In this document: positions 1-8,939 of the stretch, piece by piece | Position numbering within the stretch: the first letter of the stretch is position 1 | Layout: each line of letters opens with the position of its first letter | Origin: an uncultured Verrucomicrobiae bacterium | GTDB lineage: Bacteria > Verrucomicrobiota > Verrucomicrobiia > Chthoniobacterales > Chthoniobacteraceae | Length of the DNA stretch: 64,000 bases | Direction of reading: 5' to 3' | Assembly (NCBI GenBank): GCA_963836755.1 | Contig: CAWIKF010000002.1 | Location: forward strand, 1,344,001-1,408,000 | Translations under genes and position numbers: made by a program | Notes under the pieces: generated by a model | Told to the model about the DNA's origin: nothing | Databases searched by the model: none | What the model saw: the letters and a program-made list of their open reading frames with translations, nothing else

Positions 1-2
1 TC

Positions 3-161
3 GGCTCAGCAGTGCTCGTTTACTACGACCCGACTCAGCCATCGTCATCCGTGCTGGAACCTGGCATCTCCAAGCGCGCCTTTATGCCCATCGCATTTGG
101 GCTTGGATTTGCTATTTTCGGCGGGTGGTTTGCCTTACTTTTCTGGCTCTTTCAGCCATGA
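3..161 (+). CDS. C-terminal part of a cassette membrane protein, DUF3592-like (5' end outside window)
   Basis: Frame reads GSAVLVYYDPTQPSSSVLEPG followed by a hydrophobic helix; stop at 159-161 just before an attC. Confidence 0.6.
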   Translation, partial: GSAVLVYYDPTQPSSSVLEPGISKRAFMPIAFGLGFAIFGGWFALLFWLFQP

Positions 162-168
162 CCAAGTG

Positions 169-292
169 GCCTGACCATGCGCTGCAGCGAACCGCTCCGT
201 GCGTCACGGCACCTGCTTCCGCCGCCGCCGTGCGGACCACCATGCAGGTGCCGCGCCGCACTTCGCGGTCGCTGAGCTTGGGATCGTTAGAC
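169..292 (+). mobile_element. attC site (integron cassette recombination site)
   Basis: GCCTGAC (R'' variant) CATGCGCTGCAGCGAAC ... GTCGCTGAGCTTGGGATC GTTAGAC (R'); imperfect palindrome, near copy of 767-891. Confidence 0.85.
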
Positions 293-306
293 TCAGAGCG
301 TTTGCA

Positions 307-747
307 ATGAACATCAGCGTTTCTATTTTGATCTGTGGCTTCATGGCATCGGCAGCTTTTGCGGGTGATTCCTCGCAGTCATCCGCCGAGATGAATGAAA
401 ACCACCATTGCGACCGCCATAATTGTTACTTCTTTTTTCGCTGCATCTATCTGGCAACTGACGCTGAGGAGAAGGCGGCGAATGCTCCCGCAAACGAACC
501 GGAGACCCCCGCTTCGCCCAAGGATAACTCCCTTGAGTTTCTGGCTGATGTTCCGTCGCTCAGCGCCGTCTCGGTGCGAATGACTGAAGCGGCATTTTTC
601 GACATCGTAAAGCAGCAGAAACTCAGCTTCGAAAGGAAAGCTACCGATGATGAAACCGCCTACTACGTTCACCCAAAGGAGGGCGTTCTCGTGTATTTCG
701 GTTTTCGACAATCTCGATGCACCGGCATCCAACGACTACGTGATTGA
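307..747 (+). CDS. hypothetical exported cassette protein
   Basis: ATG 15 nt after attC; signal-like N-terminus; stop just before the next attC. Confidence 0.6.
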   Translation: MNISVSILICGFMASAAFAGDSSQSSAEMNENHHCDRHNCYFFFRCIYLATDAEEKAANAPANEPETPASPKDNSLEFLADVPSLSAVSVRMTEAAFFDIVKQQKLSFERKATDDETAYYVHPKEGVLVYFGFRQSRCTGIQRLRD

Positions 748-766
748 AAACCCCAAATGCCAAGTC

Positions 767-891
767 GCCTAACCAAGCGCTGCAGCGAACTGCTCCGCGC
801 GTCACGGCACCTGCTTCCGGCCTCCCCCCTTTCCCCCACCGCACAGGTGCCGCGCCAGCCTCCGCAGTCGCTGAGCTTCGGGTCGTTAGGC
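767..891 (+). mobile_element. attC site, intact
   Basis: GCCTAAC (767-773) and GTTAGGC (885-891) are exact complements; inner GCAGCGA/TCGCTGAGC boxes; GGCACCTG/CAGGTGCC stem. Confidence 0.92.
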
Positions 892-912
892 GTCATTCCA
901 CTTTCCCCCAAC

Positions 913-1335
913 ATGAAGCTACCAATACAGATACTCACTTCAATTTTGATGCTCGCAAGCATCGCCACTGCCGCAACTCCAGAAGAAGAAGCTCGGTTCT
1001 TGAACGCTATTCGTGATGCCTACAGCAAAAAGGACAAAGAGGCGATTATCGCTTCTACCTGCTGGGATCGCGTCACGGAGCAGCACAAGAAACTGGCTCC
1101 GAAGGCTATTGATTATGCCATGAGCAACCCAATCAAGTCGGTTCAATATCGGGCACTTGATCCTTCCGAAGTCTACACTTACACCAAAGATGGAATTACC
1201 TACGGCCCCAATTTGCCGATCGTCAAGCAAATCGAGATCGAATACGCCGTTGCCCCAGGCAAGCTGACGTCAGAGTTGTTCCTCGGCGAGAAGGAAGGGA
1301 AGCTCATGATCGTCAATCTCGCTCCTCAACCGTGA
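913..1335 (+). CDS. hypothetical secreted cassette protein
   Basis: MKLPIQILTSILMLASIATA signal peptide; starts directly after attC. Confidence 0.75.
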   Translation: MKLPIQILTSILMLASIATAATPEEEARFLNAIRDAYSKKDKEAIIASTCWDRVTEQHKKLAPKAIDYAMSNPIKSVQYRALDPSEVYTYTKDGITYGPNLPIVKQIEIEYAVAPGKLTSELFLGEKEGKLMIVNLAPQP

Positions 1336-1364
1336 CGCCGGCGACTCCTACGCCCGTCACTTAA

Positions 1365-1568
1365 CCATGCGAAGCCGCTACCGCTTCTCGGCTGTCTGTT
1401 GGAGTTCCTAGAGGAGATCGATTATACCGCCTCGGAGACGAGGAGTTTGCAGCAGTCCTCTCCGGCGAGTCATCGCGCACACAGAGCGCAGTCACCGGTT
1501 TTGTCTATCCTCGCTCATGGGCACCGTATCCCAAGACCCGAATGGTCGAAGAGCGGGATGGCAAGTGA
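1365..1568 (+). pseudogene. start-less cassette gene remnant
   Basis: Open frame (..DRLYRLGDEEFAAVLSGESSRTQSAV..YPKT..) with no start codon for its N-terminal part, beginning at a truncated attC left end ACTTAACCATGCG (1359-1371). Confidence 0.4.
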
Positions 1569-1735
1569 CCGCGTGGCGTATTGTCGATCCCTCATCGCCG
1601 AATGAGAATCGCAATTACACCTCGACTCGCTATGAGGCTGGCAGGTAGTCTCGGTAACGCTCGACATGCACTGCAAGATTATCTGCTACTTACCATGCGT
1701 TTTATGATTCCGTCCTTCTTGAGCAAGACCGCAAC

Positions 1736-1812
1736 GCCTAACTATGCGCTGCAGGCAAATCGATGAGTAACTCGCAAATAAGCGGCTCCGCCGGTAGCTG
1801 AGCTTGTTCTCG
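1736..1812 (+). mobile_element. degenerate attC (R' box lost)
   Basis: GCCTAACTATGCGCTGCAG ... GTAGCTGAGCTTGTTCTCG with no following TTAGGC. Confidence 0.7.
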
Positions 1813-1819
1813 AAATCAC

Positions 1820-2267
1820 ATGAAATCCTCCATTCAACCTCCTCGGATTGAAACGCCGTGTCCGAAGCGATGGGAGGCGATGTGTGGCGACTCGAAGCAG
1901 CGGTTTTGCGACCACTGCAAGCTTCACGTTCACAACCTTTCGGCGATGTCGGATACAGAGCGTGAAGGATTTTTACGCTAGGTCCGGTGGCCATGCTTGC
2001 ATTGTCTATGCGGTTCGTCCCGATGGCTCGATGGTTACTCCGTCTTACTGGTCCTGGCTGGTGCTACCGTTTCAGCGGCTTCATTGGTCTGTTGCCGCGC
2101 TGCTGGCCGCATTTCTCCCGTTCTTATTTTCATCTTGCGCCACACGCCGCACGATAGGAAGGGCATCTCCCACATGCGACGCGCCCGCGCCGCACATGAA
2201 CAACAGCAAGCAGTTCGCGCTTCCTGGCAGAGCATTAATTCCTCCTACGACCAAGCCGCAACAATGA
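1820..2267 (+). pseudogene. frameshifted Cys-motif cassette protein
   Basis: MKSSIQPPRIETPCPKRWEAMCGDSKQRFCDHCKLHVHNLSAMS stops near 1981; continuation DFYARSGGHACIVYAVRPDGSMVT lies in the +1 frame. Confidence 0.65.
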
Positions 2268-2276
2268 ATTCGGGTG

Positions 2277-2312
2277 GCGTAACAAGCTTCGCCTGTAGTT
2301 GAGCTTGTTTTC
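2277..2312 (+). mobile_element. collapsed attC remnant
   Basis: GCGTAACAAGC joined to CCTGTAGTTGAGCTTGTTTTC; both outer ends of the attC consensus with the centre deleted. Confidence 0.5.
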
Positions 2313-2332
2313 CCTAAATCCTCTCAGTCCGC

Positions 2333-2821
2333 ATGACGTCGCGCCCAATCTCACATCAACTGCTTGGCCTGCTAGGCTGGCTTTTGGTCGTGTTCGCGGC
2401 TGCAGCAGTCGGAGCTGTGGCGTCTATACACGCGCCATCTTTCTATGCGCAGCTCATCAAGCCATCATGGGCTCCGCCTGCCAGCGTTTTCGGCCCAGTG
2501 TGGTCGGTGCTGTATGTGCTAATGGGCGCTTCTGCCTGGCTGGTGTGGCGGTCTTTACCGCCGCGGTGGGATGCGCTTGCTCTGTTTCTCGCCCAGCTCG
2601 CGGCGAACGCACTTTGGTCGTGGCTCTTTTTTGCGTGGCATCAAGGGGGACTTGCTACGGCGGAGGTGTTGCTGTTGTTAATGCTCATCGCGCTGACGAT
2701 GCGATCATTCTGGTCAGGTAGTCGGCTCGCCGTTCTATTGCTGTTACCCTATTTGTTTTGGGTAGGCTTCGCATCAATGCTGACCTGGTCGATTTGGCAG
2801 CGCAATCGGGGTCTCGTCTGA
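2333..2821 (+). CDS. tspO: TspO/MBR tryptophan-rich sensory protein
   Basis: LIKPSWAPPASVFGPVWSVLY, NALWSWLFF and LLLPYLFWVGFA motifs; 5 TM helices. Confidence 0.92.
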   Translation: MTSRPISHQLLGLLGWLLVVFAAAAVGAVASIHAPSFYAQLIKPSWAPPASVFGPVWSVLYVLMGASAWLVWRSLPPRWDALALFLAQLAANALWSWLFFAWHQGGLATAEVLLLLMLIALTMRSFWSGSRLAVLLLLPYLFWVGFASMLTWSIWQRNRGLV

Positions 2822-2832
2822 TGAGCGCCGAA

Positions 2833-2896
2833 TTTCATCATGCGATGCAGCGAACTGCTCCGGGCGTTACGGGAGCTGAGCTTGTTCTCATTAGGC
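2833..2896 (+). mobile_element. degenerate attC
   Basis: CATGCGATGCAGCGAACTGCTCC ... GGAGCTGAGCTTGTTCTC ATTAGGC; both R boxes mutated. Confidence 0.7.
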
Positions 2897-2933
2897 GTCG
2901 CGCCGGCTTTTTACAAACGAAGTTAACACACCT

Positions 2934-3322
2934 ATGAACCAAAATCGCAATCCTGTAGGATGGGTCGAGCTCTACTTTCAAGACATGGAGCGAGCCAAGA
3001 CGTTTGTAAGATCTTATTCAGGTCACACTCGAACCTCTCGACAGTCTGGGTATGGAGTTGTTTGGGTTCCCGATGCAGCACGAGAGTCCCGGGATGCGCC
3101 GGAGCGCTGGTCAGGATGCCAGGCAAGGATTCCGGCGGAGGCGGAACCATTGTTTACCTTTCTTGCCGTGATTGTGCCGATGAGGCAGCCGGCGCCGTTC
3201 AGAATGGTGGCCGAATCCACAAAGAGAAGACTTCAATCGGCCAGTATGGCTTCATCGCGCTCATCTTCGATACTGAAGGCAACATGATCGGCCTTCATTC
3301 AATGCAACGACCGCAATGTTAA
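2934..3322 (+). pseudogene. VOC/glyoxalase family protein with two frameshifts
   Basis: NPVGWVELYFQDMERAKTF, QVTLEPLDSLGMELFGFPMQHESPG and GALVRM..GFIALIFDTEGNMIGLHS are in three different frames. Confidence 0.85.
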
Positions 3323-3367
3323 CAACGCAGCCCGGGGAACGGAGGCTTTCACTTTGACTCCAGTCCT

Positions 3368-4408
3368 ATGAAAAGCGTTCGACTCTCATGCTTCCTGATT
3401 CTGGCGCTGCTCCTCGCTTTCACGCCGTGCCGGCGAGCCACAGCGGACGCTGACCCACGCAAGCAACTCCCGCCGCAGATCAAACAGCTCACATGGTTTG
3501 GTGAGCGAGCCGACTTTCGGCACGACGGCCGGCGCTTTGTCTTTCTCAACCATGTCTACGGAGACGTGTATGAATACGATCTCGAGTCTGGGCGCATCAC
3601 TTGCTGCACCGGCCATTTCCTGCACTTCGGATTTGTGCGGGCGCTCTACCTCGCCAATGGCGACCTGCTTCTGAGCGGACCGAATGCTAACTTTGATCCG
3701 ACGAGCAAGAAGGATCGCCGACGCGCGCGCGATAGCAGCTATCTCTACGTGCTCGACAAAAGTATCACGAAGCCGCCGGTGCCGCTCGGCGTGCAGTGCA
3801 ATGAAGGGCCGGCCGTCTCGCGCACGCGCTTGCACATCGCGTGGACGCACGGCGAACAGGATAAGATGTCTACCGGCGACATCGTTTATGAAAACGGCAC
3901 GCCGAAGCTCGTGAACCAGCAACTCATCCTCCAAACGAGTGACTTCCCCGCTGGCGAGAGGCCGCGGAAATGGATCGAGACGCAGAATTTCATTCCACCC
4001 GATGAGACAAAGCTGACCGTCACGGCCTACGAGATCAACAACACCGATAACACGGAGACTTTCGTCTTCGACCTGAAAACCAAAACGCTCACGAACATGT
4101 CGCGCACGCCGGATCGTTACGAGGAATGCGAGGGTGTTTTCCCCGAAGGTAAATCGACGCTCGTAGAGAGCGCGGAAGTCAAGGGCCGCTGGCCGCTCGT
4201 GGACTTGTATCGACTGTGGCTCGACGGCAGCGGGCGCAAGGAGCGGCTGACGCATTTTACTGACTTCAAAAACTGGAAGGCCGCCGACGGTGTCATCAGT
4301 GACGACGGGAAGTTCATGCTCTTTCAGGAAGGACGCGGCGGCACGGAGGCCGGCCAAGGTTTCGGGATTTACCTTTACGATTTTTCCAAGGTCCGCAATC
4401 CGCAATGA
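3368..4408 (+). CDS. secreted TolB/PD40-like beta-propeller protein
   Basis: Signal peptide; repeats such as QLTWFGERADFRHDGRRFVF and RLTHF..ISDDGKFMLF. Confidence 0.75.
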   Translation: MKSVRLSCFLILALLLAFTPCRRATADADPRKQLPPQIKQLTWFGERADFRHDGRRFVFLNHVYGDVYEYDLESGRITCCTGHFLHFGFVRALYLANGDLLLSGPNANFDPTSKKDRRRARDSSYLYVLDKSITKPPVPLGVQCNEGPAVSRTRLHIAWTHGEQDKMSTGDIVYENGTPKLVNQQLILQTSDFPAGERPRKWIETQNFIPPDETKLTVTAYEINNTDNTETFVFDLKTKTLTNMSRTPDRYEECEGVFPEGKSTLVESAEVKGRWPLVDLYRLWLDGSGRKERLTHFTDFKNWKAADGVISDDGKFMLFQEGRGGTEAGQGFGIYLYDFSKVRNPQ

Positions 4409-4415
4409 ACCGAGT

Positions 4416-4451
4416 GCCGAACCATCGCGGCTGAGCTTGTTTCTGTTAGTG
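4416..4451 (+). mobile_element. collapsed 36-bp attC remnant
   Basis: GCCGAACCATCGC fused to GGCTGAGCTTGTTTCT GTTAGTG; next ATG 3 nt later. Confidence 0.6.
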
Positions 4452-4453
4452 AT

Positions 4454-4636
4454 ATGCGTGCTCGGACGAAAGCCAGACTCATTACTCTGCTGATAGTGAG
4501 CATCTTGTTCGCTGTGATGCTCTACCGGGCGAACCACCCTTACACGGTTTCGCGTAATGCGATGGGGAAAGAAGCTTACCTCCCATCCGAGGCGGGGGCT
4601 TCGACAGAATATTTGCGCAGCCTGAAAGGCACTTGA
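4454..4636 (+). CDS. small single-TM cassette protein (possibly truncated)
   Basis: ATG immediately after attC remnant; N-terminal hydrophobic helix. Confidence 0.45.
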   Translation: MRARTKARLITLLIVSILFAVMLYRANHPYTVSRNAMGKEAYLPSEAGASTEYLRSLKGT

Positions 4637-4790
4637 CCTCTCCGCGGTTAGTCTTTGCCTGCGCTAGGATGGGTCTTGGGTGCGCAGCTTTTTCTATTGG
4701 CTTTTATGAGTTGCTCACTTTCACTATTTACAACGCAATCGGTCCCGGCAAAACTGAGGTGCATACACCATCTCAAAACACTCAAGTATC

Positions 4791-5126
4791 ATGAAGATCA
4801 CGCGGATATTCCTTCTTTTACTACTTTGTTCGTTTGTCACTGTTACTGCTGCACCTCCCGCGGTGCATTGGTATCAGGTTTTCATCAATGGTTCCTCATC
4901 GAAGACACTCACCGGCTCGTCGCATTTTGATCCTGAGCAACTGGCGGTGAAGCTTAACGGCGCCGACCCGATCGTGCTTGAAAACCTGCGAGATATTTTC
5001 GCGCGATCCAGTGACGAACCGATGAGATGGCATCCGGATGACTCGACGGTCAAGGCGGTCATCCCAACTAAGAGCATCCTTTACTTCACGGAGTTGCCCG
5101 GCGATCCGGCAGCGCCGAAGAAGTAG
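4791..5126 (+). CDS. hypothetical secreted protein
   Basis: MKITRIFLLLLLCSFVTVTA signal peptide. Confidence 0.7.
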   Translation: MKITRIFLLLLLCSFVTVTAAPPAVHWYQVFINGSSSKTLTGSSHFDPEQLAVKLNGADPIVLENLRDIFARSSDEPMRWHPDDSTVKAVIPTKSILYFTELPGDPAAPKK

Positions 5127-5137
5127 CTTCAGCCGTC

Positions 5138-5749
5138 ATGAGCCACCGTGCTAAACTTTACTGCGCGGCTGGCATCGTCGTGGTGATCGCCTTTGCGGTT
5201 TGGCGCGATTATCGAGATGGATGCGGTCCTTTCCCGGACTGGCAGACTTCGGCTTATGTGCTGCCTTATCCAGTAGGTTCCTCGTATTTCGTGAGCCAGG
5301 CGAACTGCTCGACTGGCGGCCATCACGGCGCCTATCAGTATGCGTATGATTTCGCCATGCCTATCGGAACGACGGTGACTGCCGCTCGGGCGGGAGTGGT
5401 CGCCGAGATTCGCATGAGGTTTCGCGACGGCCAGCCGGGAGAAGGTGAGTCCAACTGGGTGAAGATTCGTCACGCGGACAATACCATCGCCGCTTACTCG
5501 CACCTGACGGCGAATGGTGCGCTCGTGAAGATTGGCGATCGGGTTGTGGCCGGGCAAGCGATTGGACGGAGCGGCAATAGCGGCAACACGGGAGGATTGC
5601 CGCACTTGCACTTTCACCTTTGTCCTTGTTCGGAGCCAGTCGATTGCGGCACTCTGCCAGTGACGTTTCGCAACACCGATGCGAATCCACATGGGCTACA
5701 GTCCAAACGCTATTACGTCGCGCTTCCCTATGCCAGGAACGGCTCCTGA
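5138..5749 (+). CDS. M23 family metallopeptidase
   Basis: H..AYDF, AARAGVV, YSHL, GNSGNTGGLPHLHF motifs. Confidence 0.9.
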   Translation: MSHRAKLYCAAGIVVVIAFAVWRDYRDGCGPFPDWQTSAYVLPYPVGSSYFVSQANCSTGGHHGAYQYAYDFAMPIGTTVTAARAGVVAEIRMRFRDGQPGEGESNWVKIRHADNTIAAYSHLTANGALVKIGDRVVAGQAIGRSGNSGNTGGLPHLHFHLCPCSEPVDCGTLPVTFRNTDANPHGLQSKRYYVALPYARNGS

Positions 5750-5802
5750 TAATGCGATGCAAGTAACGCGCGGCGCGGCGCCTGTAGCTGACCTTGTTCT
5801 CG
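5744..5802 (+). mobile_element. degenerate attC
   Basis: TCCTGATAATGCGATGCAAGTAAC ... CCTGTAGCTGACCTTGTTCTCG; upstream gene stop lies in the R'' position. Confidence 0.6.
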
Positions 5803-5818
5803 CCATGTAGCATCGAAT

Positions 5819-6067
5819 ATGTCGCGTATTTTGATAGCACTTTTTTCAGTCGGCTGGATTTTTCCGATGTGGCTGGCAGCGCACACCTATCTCGAGTTTA
5901 TGCAGATCGAGGTATGGCCGCGATTGTCAGGGCAGCAGCCGATGAACAGTTTCCCGTTTATCCGGCTTAGCGAGCAGACACTTGCGATAGGCTGCATGTG
6001 GCTTGCCGCCGTTATTTTATTTTGGTCTTGGAGATCGACTGGCAAGAGAAAGGTTGACGATGCCTAA
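5819..6067 (+). CDS. small 2-TM membrane protein
   Basis: Hydrophobic ORF; stop inside GCCTAAGACATCGCTGTAGGGAAC, an attC left-half relic. Confidence 0.6.
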   Translation: MSRILIALFSVGWIFPMWLAAHTYLEFMQIEVWPRLSGQQPMNSFPFIRLSEQTLAIGCMWLAAVILFWSWRSTGKRKVDDA

Positions 6068-6090
6068 GACATCGCTGTAGGGAACGGTTC

Positions 6091-6372
6091 ATGACAATGA
6101 ACGCGATTACCGATATGGTTCATCACCTTACTTTCACTGCACGTCTTCTCGGCGGCATTGTTCTTATTTTCATCGGAGGAGTATGGATGGCTTTCGCGGC
6201 TTATAGCGAAGACACGACTTTGGGGCGCTTGCTTACGTTCGTTCCCGGTCTTGCGCTATTTTTTTGCGCGGAGCATCCGAAGAAGGGGTTGCCTCCACTG
6301 ATCCTTCAACTGATCGGCATGGCGCTGTTTGCTTCGGCTGTTTTTTCTCGTTTTCCCGGAGGTAATCAGTAA
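6091..6372 (+). CDS. small membrane protein
   Basis: 3 hydrophobic segments; co-oriented with the array. Confidence 0.6.
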   Translation: MTMNAITDMVHHLTFTARLLGGIVLIFIGGVWMAFAAYSEDTTLGRLLTFVPGLALFFCAEHPKKGLPPLILQLIGMALFASAVFSRFPGGNQ

Positions 6373-6445
6373 GTAATTGCCAACGGTGCAACGACACGCG
6401 CTTAGACCTTGAAGCTTTAAGTCAATCCCGCTACCGCTCAATGCC

Positions 6446-6811
6446 ATGAACACTTTCCCCTCGGCCATTAATTCGCAGTCCCGCCGTCAAACTTACATCG
6501 GCGCTGTTCTTCTTTCGCTGCCAGCCTTGTTCTTCTGGATCGCGGCGCGGGTGTTTCTCCTGCCGAGGCTGGAGTATGACTGGCAGCGTTCCGCCGTCGC
6601 GACTTCCCACGCGCAATGGGTCATGAGCATCGTGCAGGCGATCCTGCATCACGGCCCGATCCTTCTCCTCGCGCTTGCCGGCGCTTTGTTGGTGATGGAA
6701 TTGCGCTTCGCAATTAACCGGCGCATCACGATCGGAGCGACCGTTTTTGCCGTCAACTCCGCGGTGTTCCTCGGGCTGACTGCGATGTGTGTGGCGGCGC
6801 TCATCAAGTGA
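6446..6811 (+). CDS. membrane protein
   Basis: 3 hydrophobic segments. Confidence 0.6.
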   Translation: MNTFPSAINSQSRRQTYIGAVLLSLPALFFWIAARVFLLPRLEYDWQRSAVATSHAQWVMSIVQAILHHGPILLLALAGALLVMELRFAINRRITIGATVFAVNSAVFLGLTAMCVAALIK

Positions 6812-6844
6812 ATTGAGCAAAAAGCCCTGACGAGGGAACAAAGT

Positions 6845-7081
6845 ATGACCCATCACAGCGCGAAGACCATTTGCACCACGGCGATCTGGATTGCGACGGC
6901 CGTGATTTTTACCTTTGGCGTTTTTCGCTTTACCTGGTCCGGCGCTCTTCCCGGCTTTCTCTGGTCAGCCGTCGCTTTGGCACTGGCCCTCGCTGCGCAA
7001 AAAGCGACGCAGTCAGTGTGGAAGGATCCCGCGCCCGACAAGAACAGCACGATTTCGCCAATCGAGCCGCCCACGGCGTGA
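6845..7081 (+). CDS. small 2-TM membrane protein
   Basis: Two hydrophobic helices; purine-rich sequence upstream of ATG. Confidence 0.55.
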   Translation: MTHHSAKTICTTAIWIATAVIFTFGVFRFTWSGALPGFLWSAVALALALAAQKATQSVWKDPAPDKNSTISPIEPPTA

Positions 7082-7162
7082 GCCTGATGCTAAAAGCTGG
7101 GAAGCTTAAAGGAAGTTCCCAAAGCTTCACTGCGCAAAGTGGTCGATAGCTCGCGTCCGACG

Positions 7163-7582
7163 ATGAAAGCACGAACGGCATCTCTCGCGGATTGCGCGCA
7201 GCTCGCAGAGATGAACCATCAACTCATTCGCGATGAGGGACACCACAACCCGATGACGCTCGCGGAGCTTGAGCAGCGAATGCACGGCTGGTTGACGAGC
7301 GGAGAATATCGCGCGGTCATCTTCGAGCGCGACTCCCAGTCGCTGGCTTACGCGCTCTATCGCATCGAGGCTGATGACAGCATTTTCCTTCGGCAGTTCT
7401 TTGTTTCGCGCGAGCATCGGAGACAAGGCCTTGGCAGAGCGGCCATTGATCTGCTTCTTCTCGACGTTCTGCCGTTGGGCTCCAGGATCAAAGTCGAGGT
7501 TCTCACGACGAACGAGGCTGCCCGGCGCTTTTGGTCAGCAGTCGGCTTTCGTGATTACTCGCTGACGCTGGAACGTTCATGA
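7163..7582 (+). CDS. GNAT family N-acetyltransferase
   Basis: FFVSREHRRQGLG acetyl-CoA motif; NEAARRFWSAVGF. Confidence 0.9.
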   Translation: MKARTASLADCAQLAEMNHQLIRDEGHHNPMTLAELEQRMHGWLTSGEYRAVIFERDSQSLAYALYRIEADDSIFLRQFFVSREHRRQGLGRAAIDLLLLDVLPLGSRIKVEVLTTNEAARRFWSAVGFRDYSLTLERS

Positions 7583-7823
7583 CGAGAAAGGTTTCGCCCG
7601 CGGTCCATTCGCGTGGCTTCGAGCGTTTCGGGCTCGAGCGCGATGCTTTGTCCATTGACCGCAAAATTTCGATGAGGAGCATCTTGTTCTTTGCTTCAAC
7701 CATGACGCCTGATACTGCGATGCAGTTGTTTGCTCGGTGCGTCATCCCAGCTCTCGCGAGCGACGACGTCTTGAAACATGAGACCTACTTTCTTGCGGTC
7801 GGGCAAATGAAGCGCGCGATTTC

Positions 7824-8939
7824 ATGACTACGACTTTTTCTTTTCCTACGCCGACAATCTTCGGCGCGGGTGCGCGGGAAGAATTGCATGCGAGGCTCGT
7901 CACGCTCGGCTCCGCGCGGCCGCTGGCGGTGACCGATGCGGGGCTGACGCGGACGAATGCGTTCGCGCTGCTCTCAGCGTCGCTCGATGGATTGAACGCC
8001 GCGGTTTTCTCCGGCGTGAATGCGAATCCCGGAGTGGAGGATGTGGAAGGTGCGTTAGACGCTTTTCGCGAAAACGGCTGCGATGCGGTGGTGGCGTTTG
8101 GCGGCGGCAGCGCGCTCGATGTTGGAAAGGCGGTGCGGCTTCTCATCCGGCGGCCGGAAACCTCGCTGGCAAACTTTGACGCCAATGCGGATTGGAGCGG
8201 CCTCGCGCCGCTGGTCGCGATACCGACGACGGCAGGGACGGGGAGCGAGGTGGGACGCAGCGCGGTGATCGTGATGGAGCAGCGGAAGCGCGTCATTTTT
8301 CATCCCGCGCTGCTCGCGAATCTCGTGGTGCTCGATCCCGAATTCACGCGCGAATTGCCGCCGAAGCTGACGGCCGCGACTGGCGCGGATGCGCTCACGC
8401 ATTGCATTGAGGCGTTCACATCGCCGGTTTTTCATCCGCTGTGCGATGGCATCGCGCTGGAGGGAATTCATCTGATCGCAAAGGCGCTGCCGCGCGCCGT
8501 GCGGGATGGTGGCGATCTCGAGGCGCGTGGCCTGATGCAGATCGCGGCGGCGATGGGCGGCATCGCTTTTCAAAAAGATCTCGGCGCGGTGCATTCGCTC
8601 GCGCATCCGCTCTCCGCCTTGTGCGGGCTGCATCACGGGCTTGCGAATGCGCTCTGCCTGCCGGTCGTGATGGAATTTAACGCGCGGCGAAAACCGGGGA
8701 TTTACCGTCGCATCGGCATTGCGCTCGAATTGCGTGAGCCGACTGATGCGCAGATCATCGCGGCAGTGCGTGGAATTTTTTCGGAGATTGGAATCGCGGC
8801 CGGTCTGCGCGCGCACGGCGTGGATGAGTCGAAGCTCGACGCGCTGTCCGAGCAGGCGTTCTCGGACAGTTGCCACGCGACGAATCCGGTGCCGGTCACG
8901 CGCGAGGATTTGCGCGAACTTTACAAACAGGCGTTGTGA
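7824..8939 (+). CDS. iron-containing alcohol dehydrogenase
   Basis: GGGSALD, IPTTAGTGSE, DALTHCIE, HGLANA motifs. Confidence 0.95.
   Translation: MTTTFSFPTPTIFGAGAREELHARLVTLGSARPLAVTDAGLTRTNAFALLSASLDGLNAAVFSGVNANPGVEDVEGALDAFRENGCDAVVAFGGGSALDVGKAVRLLIRRPETSLANFDANADWSGLAPLVAIPTTAGTGSEVGRSAVIVMEQRKRVIFHPALLANLVVLDPEFTRELPPKLTAATGADALTHCIEAFTSPVFHPLCDGIALEGIHLIAKALPRAVRDGGDLEARGLMQIAAAMGGIAFQKDLGAVHSLAHPLSALCGLHHGLANALCLPVVMEFNARRKPGIYRRIGIALELREPTDAQIIAAVRGIFSEIGIAAGLRAHGVDESKLDALSEQAFSDSCHATNPVPVTREDLRELYKQAL

Noticed and set aside
169..891. Repeats read as a CRISPR array or REP elements
   Set aside because: Units are ~125 bp with R''/R' boxes and are separated by whole genes; no cas genes
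125..912. ORFs 125-310 and 744-1016 and the 5' extensions of 199-747 and 757-1335
   Set aside because: They are translations of attC DNA (the recurring NQALQRTAPRVTAPAS peptide), not genes
7094..7127. Imperfect inverted repeat AAGCTGGGAAGCTT..AAGTTCCCAAAGCTT
   Set aside because: No attC boxes or T-tail; function cannot be supported
7579..7827. 82-aa ORF containing MQLFARCVIPAL, reminiscent of luciferase-like monooxygenase C-termini
   Set aside because: The match is too short to call a remnant without a search
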